DNA of 64,000 nt, taken from a virus. Numbering within the stretch: position 1 is the stretch's first letter; each line of letters opens with the position of its first letter. The DNA is taken from positions 1-64,000 of IMG/VR virus record IMGVR_UViG_3300021197_001442. The stretch is one strand, 5' to 3'. A program made the translations under genes and the position numbers. A model generated the notes under the pieces. The model made no database searches. It saw nothing but the letters and a program-made list of their open reading frames with translations, and was not told the origin of the DNA. This document shows, piece by piece, positions 25,548 through 34,806 of the stretch.

Positions 25548-27128
25548 TCACCCCTTCATTAACCAGATATAATGTTCTTGTTTTTCTTTAGCCTCTTCCA
25601 TAGACCTCTCTAACCTATTGTGCTGCAACATGCCAGGAATTGTTGTATCAAATTTTCTGTTTGTTGAAATCATAGAACTGAAAAAAGCCTCTCGATATTC
25701 TTGTTCTCTCTTGTTGGCTGTAAGAGCTGTATCTCTTACCCAGCACCCTATTGCCAAGGACATAACAAGATCGTCATTGTACCCTCTCATGGCTTGTGGT
25801 TTCCCATTATTCCATATGAAGGTTTCCATCTCGTTACATAGGCGGCTAGAATGTGTAATAACTAGTTTATTTCTTATAAACTCTTCCATTTTAGCCACTA
25901 TCAGGGGCCTTGTCTTTGTGGTAGTTGAAAACCCAGGTACTGTGTTGGCATTCGCATACGCCATTTCTTGCTCTACAAATTCATGTGTTCCTTTGACTGA
26001 GTAGTATAAGTTGGTGTACCCAAGCATTTCTAGCTTCTCTAAAACAGATATACCTATGCCAATGTTTTCCACAACAATTAGTGCATTTCCAAATTCCTTG
26101 CCAACTTGGTCTAGTATCTTTGAGTACATATCAAGGCTAGGTTTGCCCTGGTATTCGGCCACTTGCTCCATATTGGAGACCTTAAACATATGGAACGCAG
26201 AGCTATCCTTGCCATCGCCTCTAGCAACATCAGCAATAAGCAGATAATTCTCACCTTGTTGATACTCTTCCCATATCCAGTAGTTTCTATCAAAGCCTGT
26301 TCTGTATTTTGGCTCACATACCAACTCCTTAAGGTATGCGATATCATCTGGGTGGATTACTGTTTCTCCTGACGTGTTAAAGTTACACTCAAGTTCCTGT
26401 GCGATTTGCCGTCTGGACATATTTCGTGTTTCTTTCTCGAACCACTTTAGGTCACGTTCAGGGTGAACGTCCCATGGGAGGTTAGAAGGGAAGAAATCAT
26501 TCTGTGATTCTGTGGCGTCTACGTATGTTTTGTGAAACCAGTTACCAACACCGTTAGGTGTGGATAGAGCAATACAACGCCCACCAGTAGACAGTGTAGG
26601 GTACAAGCCTGTCCACAAATCATCTAGCCCCTCAACGTGTGCAGCCTCGTCAATAACTAGAAGCGACAACGCCTCTGAACGACCAGCATCACCAGACGTA
26701 GAAGTTGCCTTAATTTGCGAGCCGTTACCTAGTTCAAAGGATGCTCGGTTGTCAATTTTAATATCTGAAATCCTGATCCAGTCAGGGAGGTTCTTCATGA
26801 TGTTCTTAACCTTCTTAACAACATTCGTCGCTGTAGAAAACTTGGTCGCCATCACAAGAACATTCTTATCTCTGTGGAATAGCATCATCCACACGACATA
26901 CGCTGAAACAATCGTGGAAAGCCCAAGCTGGCGTGCCTTGAGGATGACGTTAAACCGATGATCGTTAAAATTAATTAACATATCATCTTGATATGGATAT
27001 GTCTTAAACGGGATCAATCCCTCCATAGGGTGAGAGATCCGGCAGTAGTTATTAATAAAGTAAGCGGGGTCCTTACCAGACTTCACTATTTCCGCTAACA
27101 TTTGTTTTTTAGTGAGCTGGTAAGCCAT
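25548..27128 (-). CDS. Terminase large subunit (T4 gp17-like)
   Basis: Walker A-type KARQLGLST, Walker B LLVIDEAA, STPNG, nuclease ADVARGDGKD and DDLVMSLAI. Confidence 0.97.
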   Translation of the reverse strand: MAYQLTKKQMLAEIVKSGKDPAYFINNYCRISHPMEGLIPFKTYPYQDDMLINFNDHRFNVILKARQLGLSTIVSAYVVWMMLFHRDKNVLVMATKFSTATNVVKKVKNIMKNLPDWIRISDIKIDNRASFELGNGSQIKATSTSGDAGRSEALSLLVIDEAAHVEGLDDLWTGLYPTLSTGGRCIALSTPNGVGNWFHKTYVDATESQNDFFPSNLPWDVHPERDLKWFEKETRNMSRRQIAQELECNFNTSGETVIHPDDIAYLKELVCEPKYRTGFDRNYWIWEEYQQGENYLLIADVARGDGKDSSAFHMFKVSNMEQVAEYQGKPSLDMYSKILDQVGKEFGNALIVVENIGIGISVLEKLEMLGYTNLYYSVKGTHEFVEQEMAYANANTVPGFSTTTKTRPLIVAKMEEFIRNKLVITHSSRLCNEMETFIWNNGKPQAMRGYNDDLVMSLAIGCWVRDTALTANKREQEYREAFFSSMISTNRKFDTTIPGMLQHNRLERSMEEAKEKQEHYIWLMKG

Positions 27129-27134
27129 AGGGTA

Positions 27135-27683
27135 TTATCCCTTCTTTCTGGAGTCGTTCTGTGGTCTCTTGCCCAGGAAGCCGCCCTGCTCTACAAACTT
27201 TCTATACGCTACATCCATGTTGCCCTCGGATGGAGCCTTAACAGCCTCCACCTCTTTGAGAGAACCAATCTTATAAAATCTGTGAGCCTGACACCATGTG
27301 CGAACTCTAGAAGTATTCTGCACTAAGATCTCAGTCTCGCCGTCCGGAGTAAGTGTCAGGGATTCGCCAGTTACAACTTTGTATTCCTTCTTAAGAAACT
27401 TAGCAATGTCGTTAATCATTGACTCGGTGTCACTCTCAAATGAACTGCCGTAAACTTCCTTAAGCTGCACCTCAGAGTGGTAGGTGATACATAGCTTGTC
27501 TCCGTGGAAACGAACGCCAAACCCATCCATAACTCTCTTGTCGGTGATCGGGTTGCCCTCTTCTCTTTTAAGACCAACTGCTCTCGCCTTGCCATCGGAA
27601 GAATAGCCTTCCATGTGAGCACCATCATAAGCGTTTGCAGCAGCTTGCGAGATTCCTCTAATGATTTCTAATGTGGTTGCCAT
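27135..27683 (-). CDS. Hypothetical protein; start revised to ATG 27683
   Basis: TAATG overlap with the upstream gene and GGAG SD before MATTLEIIRG. Confidence 0.7.
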   Translation of the reverse strand: MATTLEIIRGISQAAANAYDGAHMEGYSSDGKARAVGLKREEGNPITDKRVMDGFGVRFHGDKLCITYHSEVQLKEVYGSSFESDTESMINDIAKFLKKEYKVVTGESLTLTPDGETEILVQNTSRVRTWCQAHRFYKIGSLKEVEAVKAPSEGNMDVAYRKFVEQGGFLGKRPQNDSRKKG

Positions 27684-28069
27684 TACTTGTCTCCCTTTGG
27701 TGGACGCCAGCCTGCTTCCCATCTTTTTTCTCTTCCGTCAACCCACTGTATATAACAATTATAGCAACAACTATATTTGTTCATGTAGGCATCATCCTTC
27801 AGATCAAACGAATATGTCTCGCAAACGGGGCAGTCTCTCCTTACAACTTCTCTAGTAAGTAGTTTTTTAGATATTAAAATGCCATTCACTTCCTCTTTCT
27901 CTTCGCTTTCTTGGAATGCACGCTCTTTTTCGGCAATCTTTTTAATCTGCTCTTGATAAGACTTTTCTTTTTCATCGTTCCAAAACTTCCTCGGGTTATC
28001 AATGGCCTCTTGGCCGTACTTCTTCGCTATAGCTTTTTCAAATCTAGCTATTCTATTTGGATCCTTCAT
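27683..28069 (-). CDS. Hypothetical zinc-finger protein
   Basis: CPVC...CCYNC, C-terminal RWEAGWRP. Confidence 0.7.
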   Translation of the reverse strand: MKDPNRIARFEKAIAKKYGQEAIDNPRKFWNDEKEKSYQEQIKKIAEKERAFQESEEKEEVNGILISKKLLTREVVRRDCPVCETYSFDLKDDAYMNKYSCCYNCYIQWVDGREKRWEAGWRPPKGDK

Positions 28070-28269
28070 TGTTTCCTCGTTTCATCATATAAAAAACAAA
28101 TTATACTTGATGCTGTGTGCTCAAATAAAAACGGGAACACAGCATGTATTAGGCAGACAAGACATGCATATAGTAGCAAGAATGCAAACCCAATTGCTCT
28201 AAAGAAATGGCCAACGTATGACATACCAACACTTCTTGGATGCTCACTGAAAAGCTTTATCAATCGCAT
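28066..28269 (-). CDS. Small DUF6356-like membrane-associated protein
   Basis: FSEHPRSVGMSYVGHFFRA...CLIHAVFPFLFEHTAS pattern. Confidence 0.6.
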   Translation of the reverse strand: MRLIKLFSEHPRSVGMSYVGHFFRAIGFAFLLLYACLVCLIHAVFPFLFEHTASSIICFLYDETRKQ

Positions 28270-28687
28270 ACGCTGTCCCCACTCCTATCGCTACTCCTGC
28301 TACAACACTGCCAGCTACAACTAAAGGTAAATTTACTTTCCTATCCTTTTTAATTATTGTTCTCAAAGACTCTATCTCTTCATCACGCAAACGTAAAGTG
28401 TCATTGTAGCGAATTGTAGCTTCTTCTAGGCTTATTTTCAAAGTATCTATATCTAATGTAAGCTCTTCCCTCTGAATTCCTAGCTGCAAGTTAAGCCTGT
28501 TCTGAAATTCTTTCTCTTGGAATTCTTTCCATGTCAGTAATCTGGCCGTTGCTTCATTATCAAAACAAGTAGATTCAAAAGGCACAACTCCGTTCTTAGG
28601 GACAAACGTAAACCTGCCCTCTTCTGCATGTGCTGTATTGCACAAAACTAAACCGAGAGTTAATATCTGTGTAAGCTTACTCCACAT
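28244..28687 (-). CDS. Exported coiled-coil protein with C-terminal TM (spanin-partner candidate)
   Basis: Signal peptide MWSKLTQILTLGLVLCNTAHA; coiled coil; C-terminal hydrophobic helix. Confidence 0.5.
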   Translation of the reverse strand: MWSKLTQILTLGLVLCNTAHAEEGRFTFVPKNGVVPFESTCFDNEATARLLTWKEFQEKEFQNRLNLQLGIQREELTLDIDTLKISLEEATIRYNDTLRLRDEEIESLRTIIKKDRKVNLPLVVAGSVVAGVAIGVGTAYAIDKAFQ

Positions 28688-29054
28688 ACTCAAACCCAAA
28701 AGCGTTCTGTATCTGGTTTGCGATAATCTCAGGATTGGTACGTCTTAGGGTAGTAACTTCCTCTACCCTGCTGGACTTAAGCTGCTCTATAGCTCGCTGG
28801 TTTTCGTTGAACACAACCTCAAGCTGCTTCACCTTCTTTTCATACTCATCAACAAGCTTCTGTTTTCTTTGTAGTTCACGAGCATGACTTTCCTTGAGGA
28901 TAATAAGTTCTTGCTCGTACCGAGAGGTAGCGCTGTCTAGCGCACCTATCAGTGATGATCTATCATAGTACCACGAAGCAGATACGGTTAAAAGCAATAA
29001 TCCAATTAATATTTCTTTCCAGTATCTTGTTATTAAGGCTAGCAAAGAGGACAC
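28677..29054 (-). CDS. i-spanin-like protein
   Basis: N-terminal TM followed by a long coiled coil; follows the holin-like gene. Confidence 0.5.
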   Translation of the reverse strand: MSSLLALITRYWKEILIGLLLLTVSASWYYDRSSLIGALDSATSRYEQELIILKESHARELQRKQKLVDEYEKKVKQLEVVFNENQRAIEQLKSSRVEEVTTLRRTNPEIIANQIQNAFGFEYVE

Positions 29055-29245
29055 TACGCCTCCTTAAGCTTAACAATCGCGTCAATGACACTCTGGCCTC
29101 CAAGATAGAGACCTGAGATAATAACCCAGTCCCCGCTCGTAACAAAACCAGCAGCGGCTAAACCAGTAGCCGTCGCCCATACAAGTAGCTTGCGTGAAAG
29201 AACCTTCTCCAGTCCCTTATCTACAAATGCTTTTGCCATTGTCAT
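29054..29245 (-). CDS. Holin-like two-TM protein
   Basis: 63 aa; LSRKLLVW and WVIISGLYLGGQSVID segments; GGAGGTG SD; ACTAATTA at 29264-29271. Confidence 0.55.
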   Translation of the reverse strand: MTMAKAFVDKGLEKVLSRKLLVWATATGLAAAGFVTSGDWVIISGLYLGGQSVIDAIVKLKEA

Positions 29246-29271
29246 AACACCTCCAACATACTATAATTAGT

Positions 29272-32200
29272 TCAACAGTCTACAAAAGCATGGCCATCTT
29301 TTTGTTCTATACTAAGCTGCATGTCCACACAATCCTTAAGAGTTTCAAGGTGGGAGATAAGCAAAACAGTCTTGAAGTGAGACTTAATCATGTCAAGCAT
29401 TCTTGTAAATCCTTCCATGTTTTCTTCGTCCAAGGCAGTGCCAGGCTCATCAAGTATAAACACATCACCCTTCGGCAAGTTTGAAACGGATAGCAACGCC
29501 AGCCTGATTGCCATAGCAGCGATGGTCTTCTCGGCTCCTGAACCCATCTCTAGTGGTCGGGGGTCTTGATTTGGATGCTGAATATGAATGTTAAGCCTCT
29601 TGCCATCATCCTCAAAGTAAATGTCAAAGTCAACAATGTTCATTAAGAACTTAGAGATCTCTTCGTTAATGACCGGTAGTTTGCTCTTGATAATGTCATA
29701 TGCAATCCCATTGCTGTGCATGCACTTAAGATAAAGATCATAAGCTGAGTATTCCTCTTGGAGTCTCGTAAGCTCTGCCTGCTGCTCTCTGAGGTTTTTA
29801 ATCTTCTGCTCCAGAGAGCCTAACTTTTTGTACAAAAACTTTGCTTCGTTATCTAAGTTATTCTTGGTGGATTGCAAGTTGGATACCTGGCTCTCATACG
29901 TTTCCTTCTCGGAGATCAAATCATTGAGTTTATCAACTGCCTCCTTGCTAGATACATACTGCTTTTCTTTTTGTTCTAGTAGGCCTATCTGTGTGGCTAG
30001 GTTTGACATGAGAGCATCATTTTTGGATATCATTAAGTTAGCTTTAACAATAAGTGCTTCATGTTCGCTCTTCTTCCCAAGTAGCTTATTGTATTTATCG
30101 ACACAGGCTTGCGCTTCTTCTGCATCATAGGACGCCTTCTTTTCTTCGCATTCTGATTTTTTAGCAGCTAGGCCCTCTATCTCCTCCTCGACGGATGGGA
30201 GTCTAGCCTTGGCAACATATGCATCTTTAATAAACTTGCACGTAGGGTAAGTTGTACCGCATGGGATACCTTGCAGGATAGAAGCTTGACGCTCATCTCT
30301 CTCTTTACCTCTGGTAGTGTCTGTGATGGACCGACTAATCTCTCTTAGCAAGTCATCAAGCTTAGCGGAGCTTTCAATTCTTTTGTTATATTGTTCAATA
30401 TTGTAGTTGTCCACATAGTCTTGGATGGTTTGCACCACCTCTGTAGAAGTCTCAACTTTACCAGTTAATTCTTCATTCCTGCTCTTCAGAGAGATAAACT
30501 GGTTTCTCTTGTCTACCAACTCTCTTCGCAGTTTAACAATATCAATAAGCTCTGTCGGCGTGCTTGAGATAGTTGTGTCTAACTTGCGAACTATATCGCT
30601 GTACTCTTGTAGCTTTGAATTAGCGTCAACTATCTCAGCCTGCTTGTTGTCGTGGTCCAGAATACATTGTTGTAGTTCGTACAAGGCTGAGTCTGTGTCG
30701 GCAGCAAACTCTTTGCCCTCTAGCCTCTTTAGAGCCCCACGCAAGTTTGATGCTTCTGTTTTAGCAAACTTAAACTTTCGATCAAACAATTCTAGATCCA
30801 AGAACTTAGCAAAGATTTCCTTTCTCTTAGTCGAGCCCTCGCGGATAAAAGATAGTGAATCTAGCTGCGACGACATTGAGGTTAATAGAAAGTCATCAAT
30901 TGTTCCGAACGTCTTTCTAATTTCTTTGTCAGTCTCATTTCTAGTCAGGCTGTTGTGGACGGACTCTGTGCCGTCGATGGCTGTTGACGTGAAAACAACA
31001 TCTGTTTTAGCTTCTGTAATCTCCTGACCTTTGGACTTCTTGGTATACTTGTCTGACTGACGGTGGATATTCCACACAGTCCCATCTTCCGTCATAAGCT
31101 CCAAGTCACCGCTGGCGTATTCCTTGTCCCAGTTAATAACGTTCAGATTCTTACGCTCATTCTTAGACGTTGTGTTGAACATTGTGTACAGCAAGCTATC
31201 AATGATGCTTGATTTACCAGAGAAGTTCTTACCAAAAATTCCAACTATGCCATTGAGGTTGGCGAAGTCAACCACATTATCCTCGCCATAATTGAAGAGG
31301 TTGTCAAACTTAAGACTACGTATCTTCCAGTTGACGTTTCTAAGAATCTCTTCTTTCTCTTCGGCCATTAAATTATACTTGTCATTTAGCTCAAGTATCT
31401 TGGCTAGTGCGCTAGTATTAAGTTGATAGTCTGAAAGGAATTCCTTGATCAATCTTCTTTGGACAACAATATCTCTGAGGTCATCATGATGAATATCCTC
31501 GACTGTATCGTCTGCTAAGCTGCGCTGTCCGATATTCCTGTTAAGGAACGTGGTACTCTCTGGCTTAAACTTATGTTGAGCAACATCAACAGCCTTCTTC
31601 ATATCTTCTAGCGTTATGCTCTCGTTAGAAACAATACGAATACGAGCACCGCTCTGTACCTCGATGTTGGGTACCTTACCATTTTCTAGCTCGATCGTAA
31701 CAAACGGCTTAGGGTTTCTAAATGTGACAGGTTTAACTGTAAAGTTATCGCGGTCTTGTATATCCCATATTAAGATGCCCTTATCTTCTGTCTCCCCAAA
31801 ACCTTGCTGGATCGTTGAGCCAGCATATCGGATCTTGCCGGCTCTATCCATAACCTGAGCTTTGTGAATATCTCCTAGAAAGGCATAATCAAATTCTTCA
31901 AAGATTCCCACCTCGTGCTCGCCATTCTCCATCACCCAACCGCTGTCTGTCTGGCAGTTGGAAATAGAGCCATGGTACAAAGCAATGTTTACATTGTCAT
32001 AGTTTGATGGATCGTCCCATCCTTCTTCATCAAACACGGACAGCACGTTAAGCGCAAAACCATCCCTCAGGTACACTTCCTGCGAGTCCTTGAGTAGGTG
32101 CAGGCTTGGGTGCTCCAGAGCCTCTACGATAGGTGTGAGGGCGTCTAAGCGCCCTGTATTCTTGAGGTTGCCGTCATGGTTGCCCAAGATGACATAGGTG

Positions 32201-32415
32201 GGGGCTATGTCAGCTAGCTTACTTAGAAAATCAGAGCACATGTCCACAAATTCTGGTGAGATCTGTGTCTTTGTATGTGCAATATCACCACAGTGAATAA
32301 TGTAATCTACCTTCTCTTCTCTTAGGCAGTCGTACAACTGTTCAAATACTGCCTTATATTCCTTATGATATCTTAAATTCCTGATGTGTGTATCAGCTAT
32401 ATGTGCAAATTTCAC
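29272..32415 (-). CDS. Fused Mre11/SbcD nuclease and Rad50/SbcC ATPase (gp47-gp46 fusion)
   Basis: Phosphoesterase motifs ADTH, GDIAH, GNHD, LGDIH; Walker A GKNFSGKS; coiled coil; MGSGAEK signature; FILDEP Walker B; ISH. Confidence 0.93.
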   Translation of the reverse strand: MKFAHIADTHIRNLRYHKEYKAVFEQLYDCLREEKVDYIIHCGDIAHTKTQISPEFVDMCSDFLSKLADIAPTYVILGNHDGNLKNTGRLDALTPIVEALEHPSLHLLKDSQEVYLRDGFALNVLSVFDEEGWDDPSNYDNVNIALYHGSISNCQTDSGWVMENGEHEVGIFEEFDYAFLGDIHKAQVMDRAGKIRYAGSTIQQGFGETEDKGILIWDIQDRDNFTVKPVTFRNPKPFVTIELENGKVPNIEVQSGARIRIVSNESITLEDMKKAVDVAQHKFKPESTTFLNRNIGQRSLADDTVEDIHHDDLRDIVVQRRLIKEFLSDYQLNTSALAKILELNDKYNLMAEEKEEILRNVNWKIRSLKFDNLFNYGEDNVVDFANLNGIVGIFGKNFSGKSSIIDSLLYTMFNTTSKNERKNLNVINWDKEYASGDLELMTEDGTVWNIHRQSDKYTKKSKGQEITEAKTDVVFTSTAIDGTESVHNSLTRNETDKEIRKTFGTIDDFLLTSMSSQLDSLSFIREGSTKRKEIFAKFLDLELFDRKFKFAKTEASNLRGALKRLEGKEFAADTDSALYELQQCILDHDNKQAEIVDANSKLQEYSDIVRKLDTTISSTPTELIDIVKLRRELVDKRNQFISLKSRNEELTGKVETSTEVVQTIQDYVDNYNIEQYNKRIESSAKLDDLLREISRSITDTTRGKERDERQASILQGIPCGTTYPTCKFIKDAYVAKARLPSVEEEIEGLAAKKSECEEKKASYDAEEAQACVDKYNKLLGKKSEHEALIVKANLMISKNDALMSNLATQIGLLEQKEKQYVSSKEAVDKLNDLISEKETYESQVSNLQSTKNNLDNEAKFLYKKLGSLEQKIKNLREQQAELTRLQEEYSAYDLYLKCMHSNGIAYDIIKSKLPVINEEISKFLMNIVDFDIYFEDDGKRLNIHIQHPNQDPRPLEMGSGAEKTIAAMAIRLALLSVSNLPKGDVFILDEPGTALDEENMEGFTRMLDMIKSHFKTVLLISHLETLKDCVDMQLSIEQKDGHAFVDC

Positions 32416-33824
32416 TAATTTTCCTTATCTTTGATTATTTTATTACTTCGATATTTAATTGTAGCGGCTCTCTTTTTAGCCTCTTGGGCAAAATCAGCCC
32501 TATCTATTTTTGGATTTGCAATATAGTTCCTCATTATACAGGACAACTCCCCTATTGAACTATAAATGTGTGTTAACCCGTCCTCCATTTCCTTTAACAA
32601 ATTCTCGGCTATATCTTCCAGTTTCTCAGTGCTGGGTAGGTCTAGCGAGGATGATTCTACCCCGCCATCGTCACTTAGGATATATTTTTTCATATCAATA
32701 GAGATTATAAATTTTTCACCATTTTTGCCCTCGCGGTCGGTTTTGATTCCTGAGCCGTGAGTGAACCCAGCATCAGACAACAATTTGTATGTTTCCGAAA
32801 GTTTCGATGAAAAAGCCCTTCTAATATACTTGTTACCTAATATTAAATCGCTGATGGTAGGATCTTTACGTAGTTTTACCAAATCCTCTAGCCGGGCTCT
32901 AGTTGCGACTAGTTGTTCAACAAAAGCTCTCCTACTAATCTCCGTGCCTGGCCCTAGAGCTTTAGACAATATAATCATATCTTGTTGGACCTCTCCGGAG
33001 ATTTGTCCCCCTTCCTTATTGATACTTTTCAGATCTGATAGTATCTGGCCCGCGCCCATCAAATAGTGAGAGGTCTTTAAATCGAATATTATTGCTTCTT
33101 GTAAAGCAGCCCTATCTACTGGGGATGGAGAAAAAAATCTAAAATTTAACAGTCGCGTCGAAGGGAGTGGTCCTTTTGTAGCAGAGCCCTTATTGACTAG
33201 TAAAAAATCGATTTGTCCTTTAGCTCTTACTAGTTCTTGTAAATATAAAATATAACTTCCACCAGCTTTAAAGTCGTCTTTTAGTTTTAAGCTAATACCT
33301 CGATTTTCAAGGTTAGGTAGTCTAATATCACTTATAACCTTGGTTCCGCCTTCCTGTTCGCCCTTCAAAACACCAGCGATCAATGGCTCAAGCAACAGCC
33401 CAGCCATCTGCGGTTCATAAGCATCAACGTTTACTAGGCTTATCATAGTGTCTAAAAATATAAATCTTGACAGTACTTCGTTTAGATCTAAACTTTTGTT
33501 TTGAGAAACCATCATAGCTTCGGAAAGTTTATTTTGTAGCTCGATTATCCGTCCTTTAACAGTGTTGGAAGTTAATTCTATGCTCTCTATAATATCTCTG
33601 AACTGTCTTGCTTCTAAATTAGAGTTTTGTCTTTTCCCTACTAATTTATTGAGAGGGAGTCTTGGATATCTTGGTATTTTTTCGCACCCTTTTAAGAGCG
33701 CATTCTGATCTGATTGGTCGGAATTGCCGACCTCTGACTCGGTCAGCAGCCCCTTTTTTTCTGATTCCTCACGTAGTGATTTCTTAACAAAAGACATGAT
33801 GTCTTCATCTGATATTTTGAACAT
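32415..33824 (-). CDS. Putative PD-(D/E)XK restriction-endonuclease-fold protein
   Basis: GLLLEPLIAG...ISDIRL...GISLKLK (E...D...SxK core); AGGAG SD; ACTATTTA at 33850-33857. Confidence 0.45.
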   Translation of the reverse strand: MFKISDEDIMSFVKKSLREESEKKGLLTESEVGNSDQSDQNALLKGCEKIPRYPRLPLNKLVGKRQNSNLEARQFRDIIESIELTSNTVKGRIIELQNKLSEAMMVSQNKSLDLNEVLSRFIFLDTMISLVNVDAYEPQMAGLLLEPLIAGVLKGEQEGGTKVISDIRLPNLENRGISLKLKDDFKAGGSYILYLQELVRAKGQIDFLLVNKGSATKGPLPSTRLLNFRFFSPSPVDRAALQEAIIFDLKTSHYLMGAGQILSDLKSINKEGGQISGEVQQDMIILSKALGPGTEISRRAFVEQLVATRARLEDLVKLRKDPTISDLILGNKYIRRAFSSKLSETYKLLSDAGFTHGSGIKTDREGKNGEKFIISIDMKKYILSDDGGVESSSLDLPSTEKLEDIAENLLKEMEDGLTHIYSSIGELSCIMRNYIANPKIDRADFAQEAKKRAATIKYRSNKIIKDKEN

Positions 33825-33825
33825 A

Positions 33826-34767
33826 CTATAAACTCCTTACTCTCTGGAGTAAATAGTTATCTGTGCTCATTACGGTTGCACGTTGTTTTCTAATTTCTAA
33901 AACATCTCTTGGCATTTCTGCTATATCCTCATAGCCATGAAGATTAATTAGATATGTTTCTACACCATATCTCATCAAATGCCCTGCTATAGCCGATGTC
34001 TTCTTCCTGTCCATTTCAGTGTTGTCATCTAGAGCAAGGTACACTTTAGGATCATGGCGAACAAGGTTCTGGAATAGCTTAGACTCAATGCGAAGGGTTG
34101 AGCCGTTCAAAGGGATAGCTGTGCCTACAGATTGTGCTCTGATAGCATCAAAGGCACCCTCAACAAGAATTACATCTTTGTCCCAGTCAACGTAGAGTTC
34201 GTTAAACACTATATTTCTGTTGACCTCAGGATTCTTATACCTCATCCAATCACCGCTGTAGGAGCGGGCAACAAAGAAGTTTGCGTATCCTGTCATGCCA
34301 AACGAGGGTATAATGATTCTGTTTCTGTACTTGCCTTCAGAGCAGTAGCCTATCTTCCACCGCACAATGTCAGCTTTTGTTACACCACGCTTTCTTAGAT
34401 AGTTCATAGCGTTGTTACCTGCAAGAGGTACATCATTAGCTAAGGAGATAAACTCTTTTGGAAGATGGATCTTTTCTTCCTTCTCCTCTTCCGGTTCCTT
34501 GAATATATCTTCAAAGCCGTTGATCTCAACCTTGTTTGTAAGTACACGCCACCTCTGTACGTCGTTGAAAGATCCGTGCTTACGGATGACTTGGTAGAGG
34601 TCGGTGCCTCTTGTGTCACAGACCCAGCACTTGTATACATTCTTATCTACGTTAACAGAGAACTTTCTTTTGTGGTGCCCGCAGTATGGGCATAAAAAAA
34701 GATGTTCTTGGTTTGACACACGGTACTGACCAAGAACATCTTTTAGGATTTGCAGTTTTTCTCTCAT
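33826..34767 (-). CDS. DNA primase (DnaG/gp61-type)
   Basis: Zn ribbon CPYCGH...CWVC; YLRKRG, RIIIP, KNP; TOPRIM VEGAFD and LDD. Confidence 0.9.
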   Translation of the reverse strand: MREKLQILKDVLGQYRVSNQEHLFLCPYCGHHKRKFSVNVDKNVYKCWVCDTRGTDLYQVIRKHGSFNDVQRWRVLTNKVEINGFEDIFKEPEEEKEEKIHLPKEFISLANDVPLAGNNAMNYLRKRGVTKADIVRWKIGYCSEGKYRNRIIIPSFGMTGYANFFVARSYSGDWMRYKNPEVNRNIVFNELYVDWDKDVILVEGAFDAIRAQSVGTAIPLNGSTLRIESKLFQNLVRHDPKVYLALDDNTEMDRKKTSAIAGHLMRYGVETYLINLHGYEDIAEMPRDVLEIRKQRATVMSTDNYLLQRVRSL

Positions 34768-34773
34768 GCCATG

Positions 34774-34802
34774 AGTATAGCATAAAGAGATAATCTAGTC
34801 AA
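34774..34802 (-). promoter_or_regulatory. Sigma70-type promoter with extended -10; predicted leaderless primase mRNA
   Basis: TTGACT, 17-nt spacer ending TGC, TATACT, 6 nt, ATG; no SD. Confidence 0.75.
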
Positions 34803-34806
34803 GCAT

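Noticed and set aside
23604-27128. Intein or intron in terminase or portal
   Set aside because: Lengths and motif spacing are normal; no splice-junction or homing-endonuclease motifs seen
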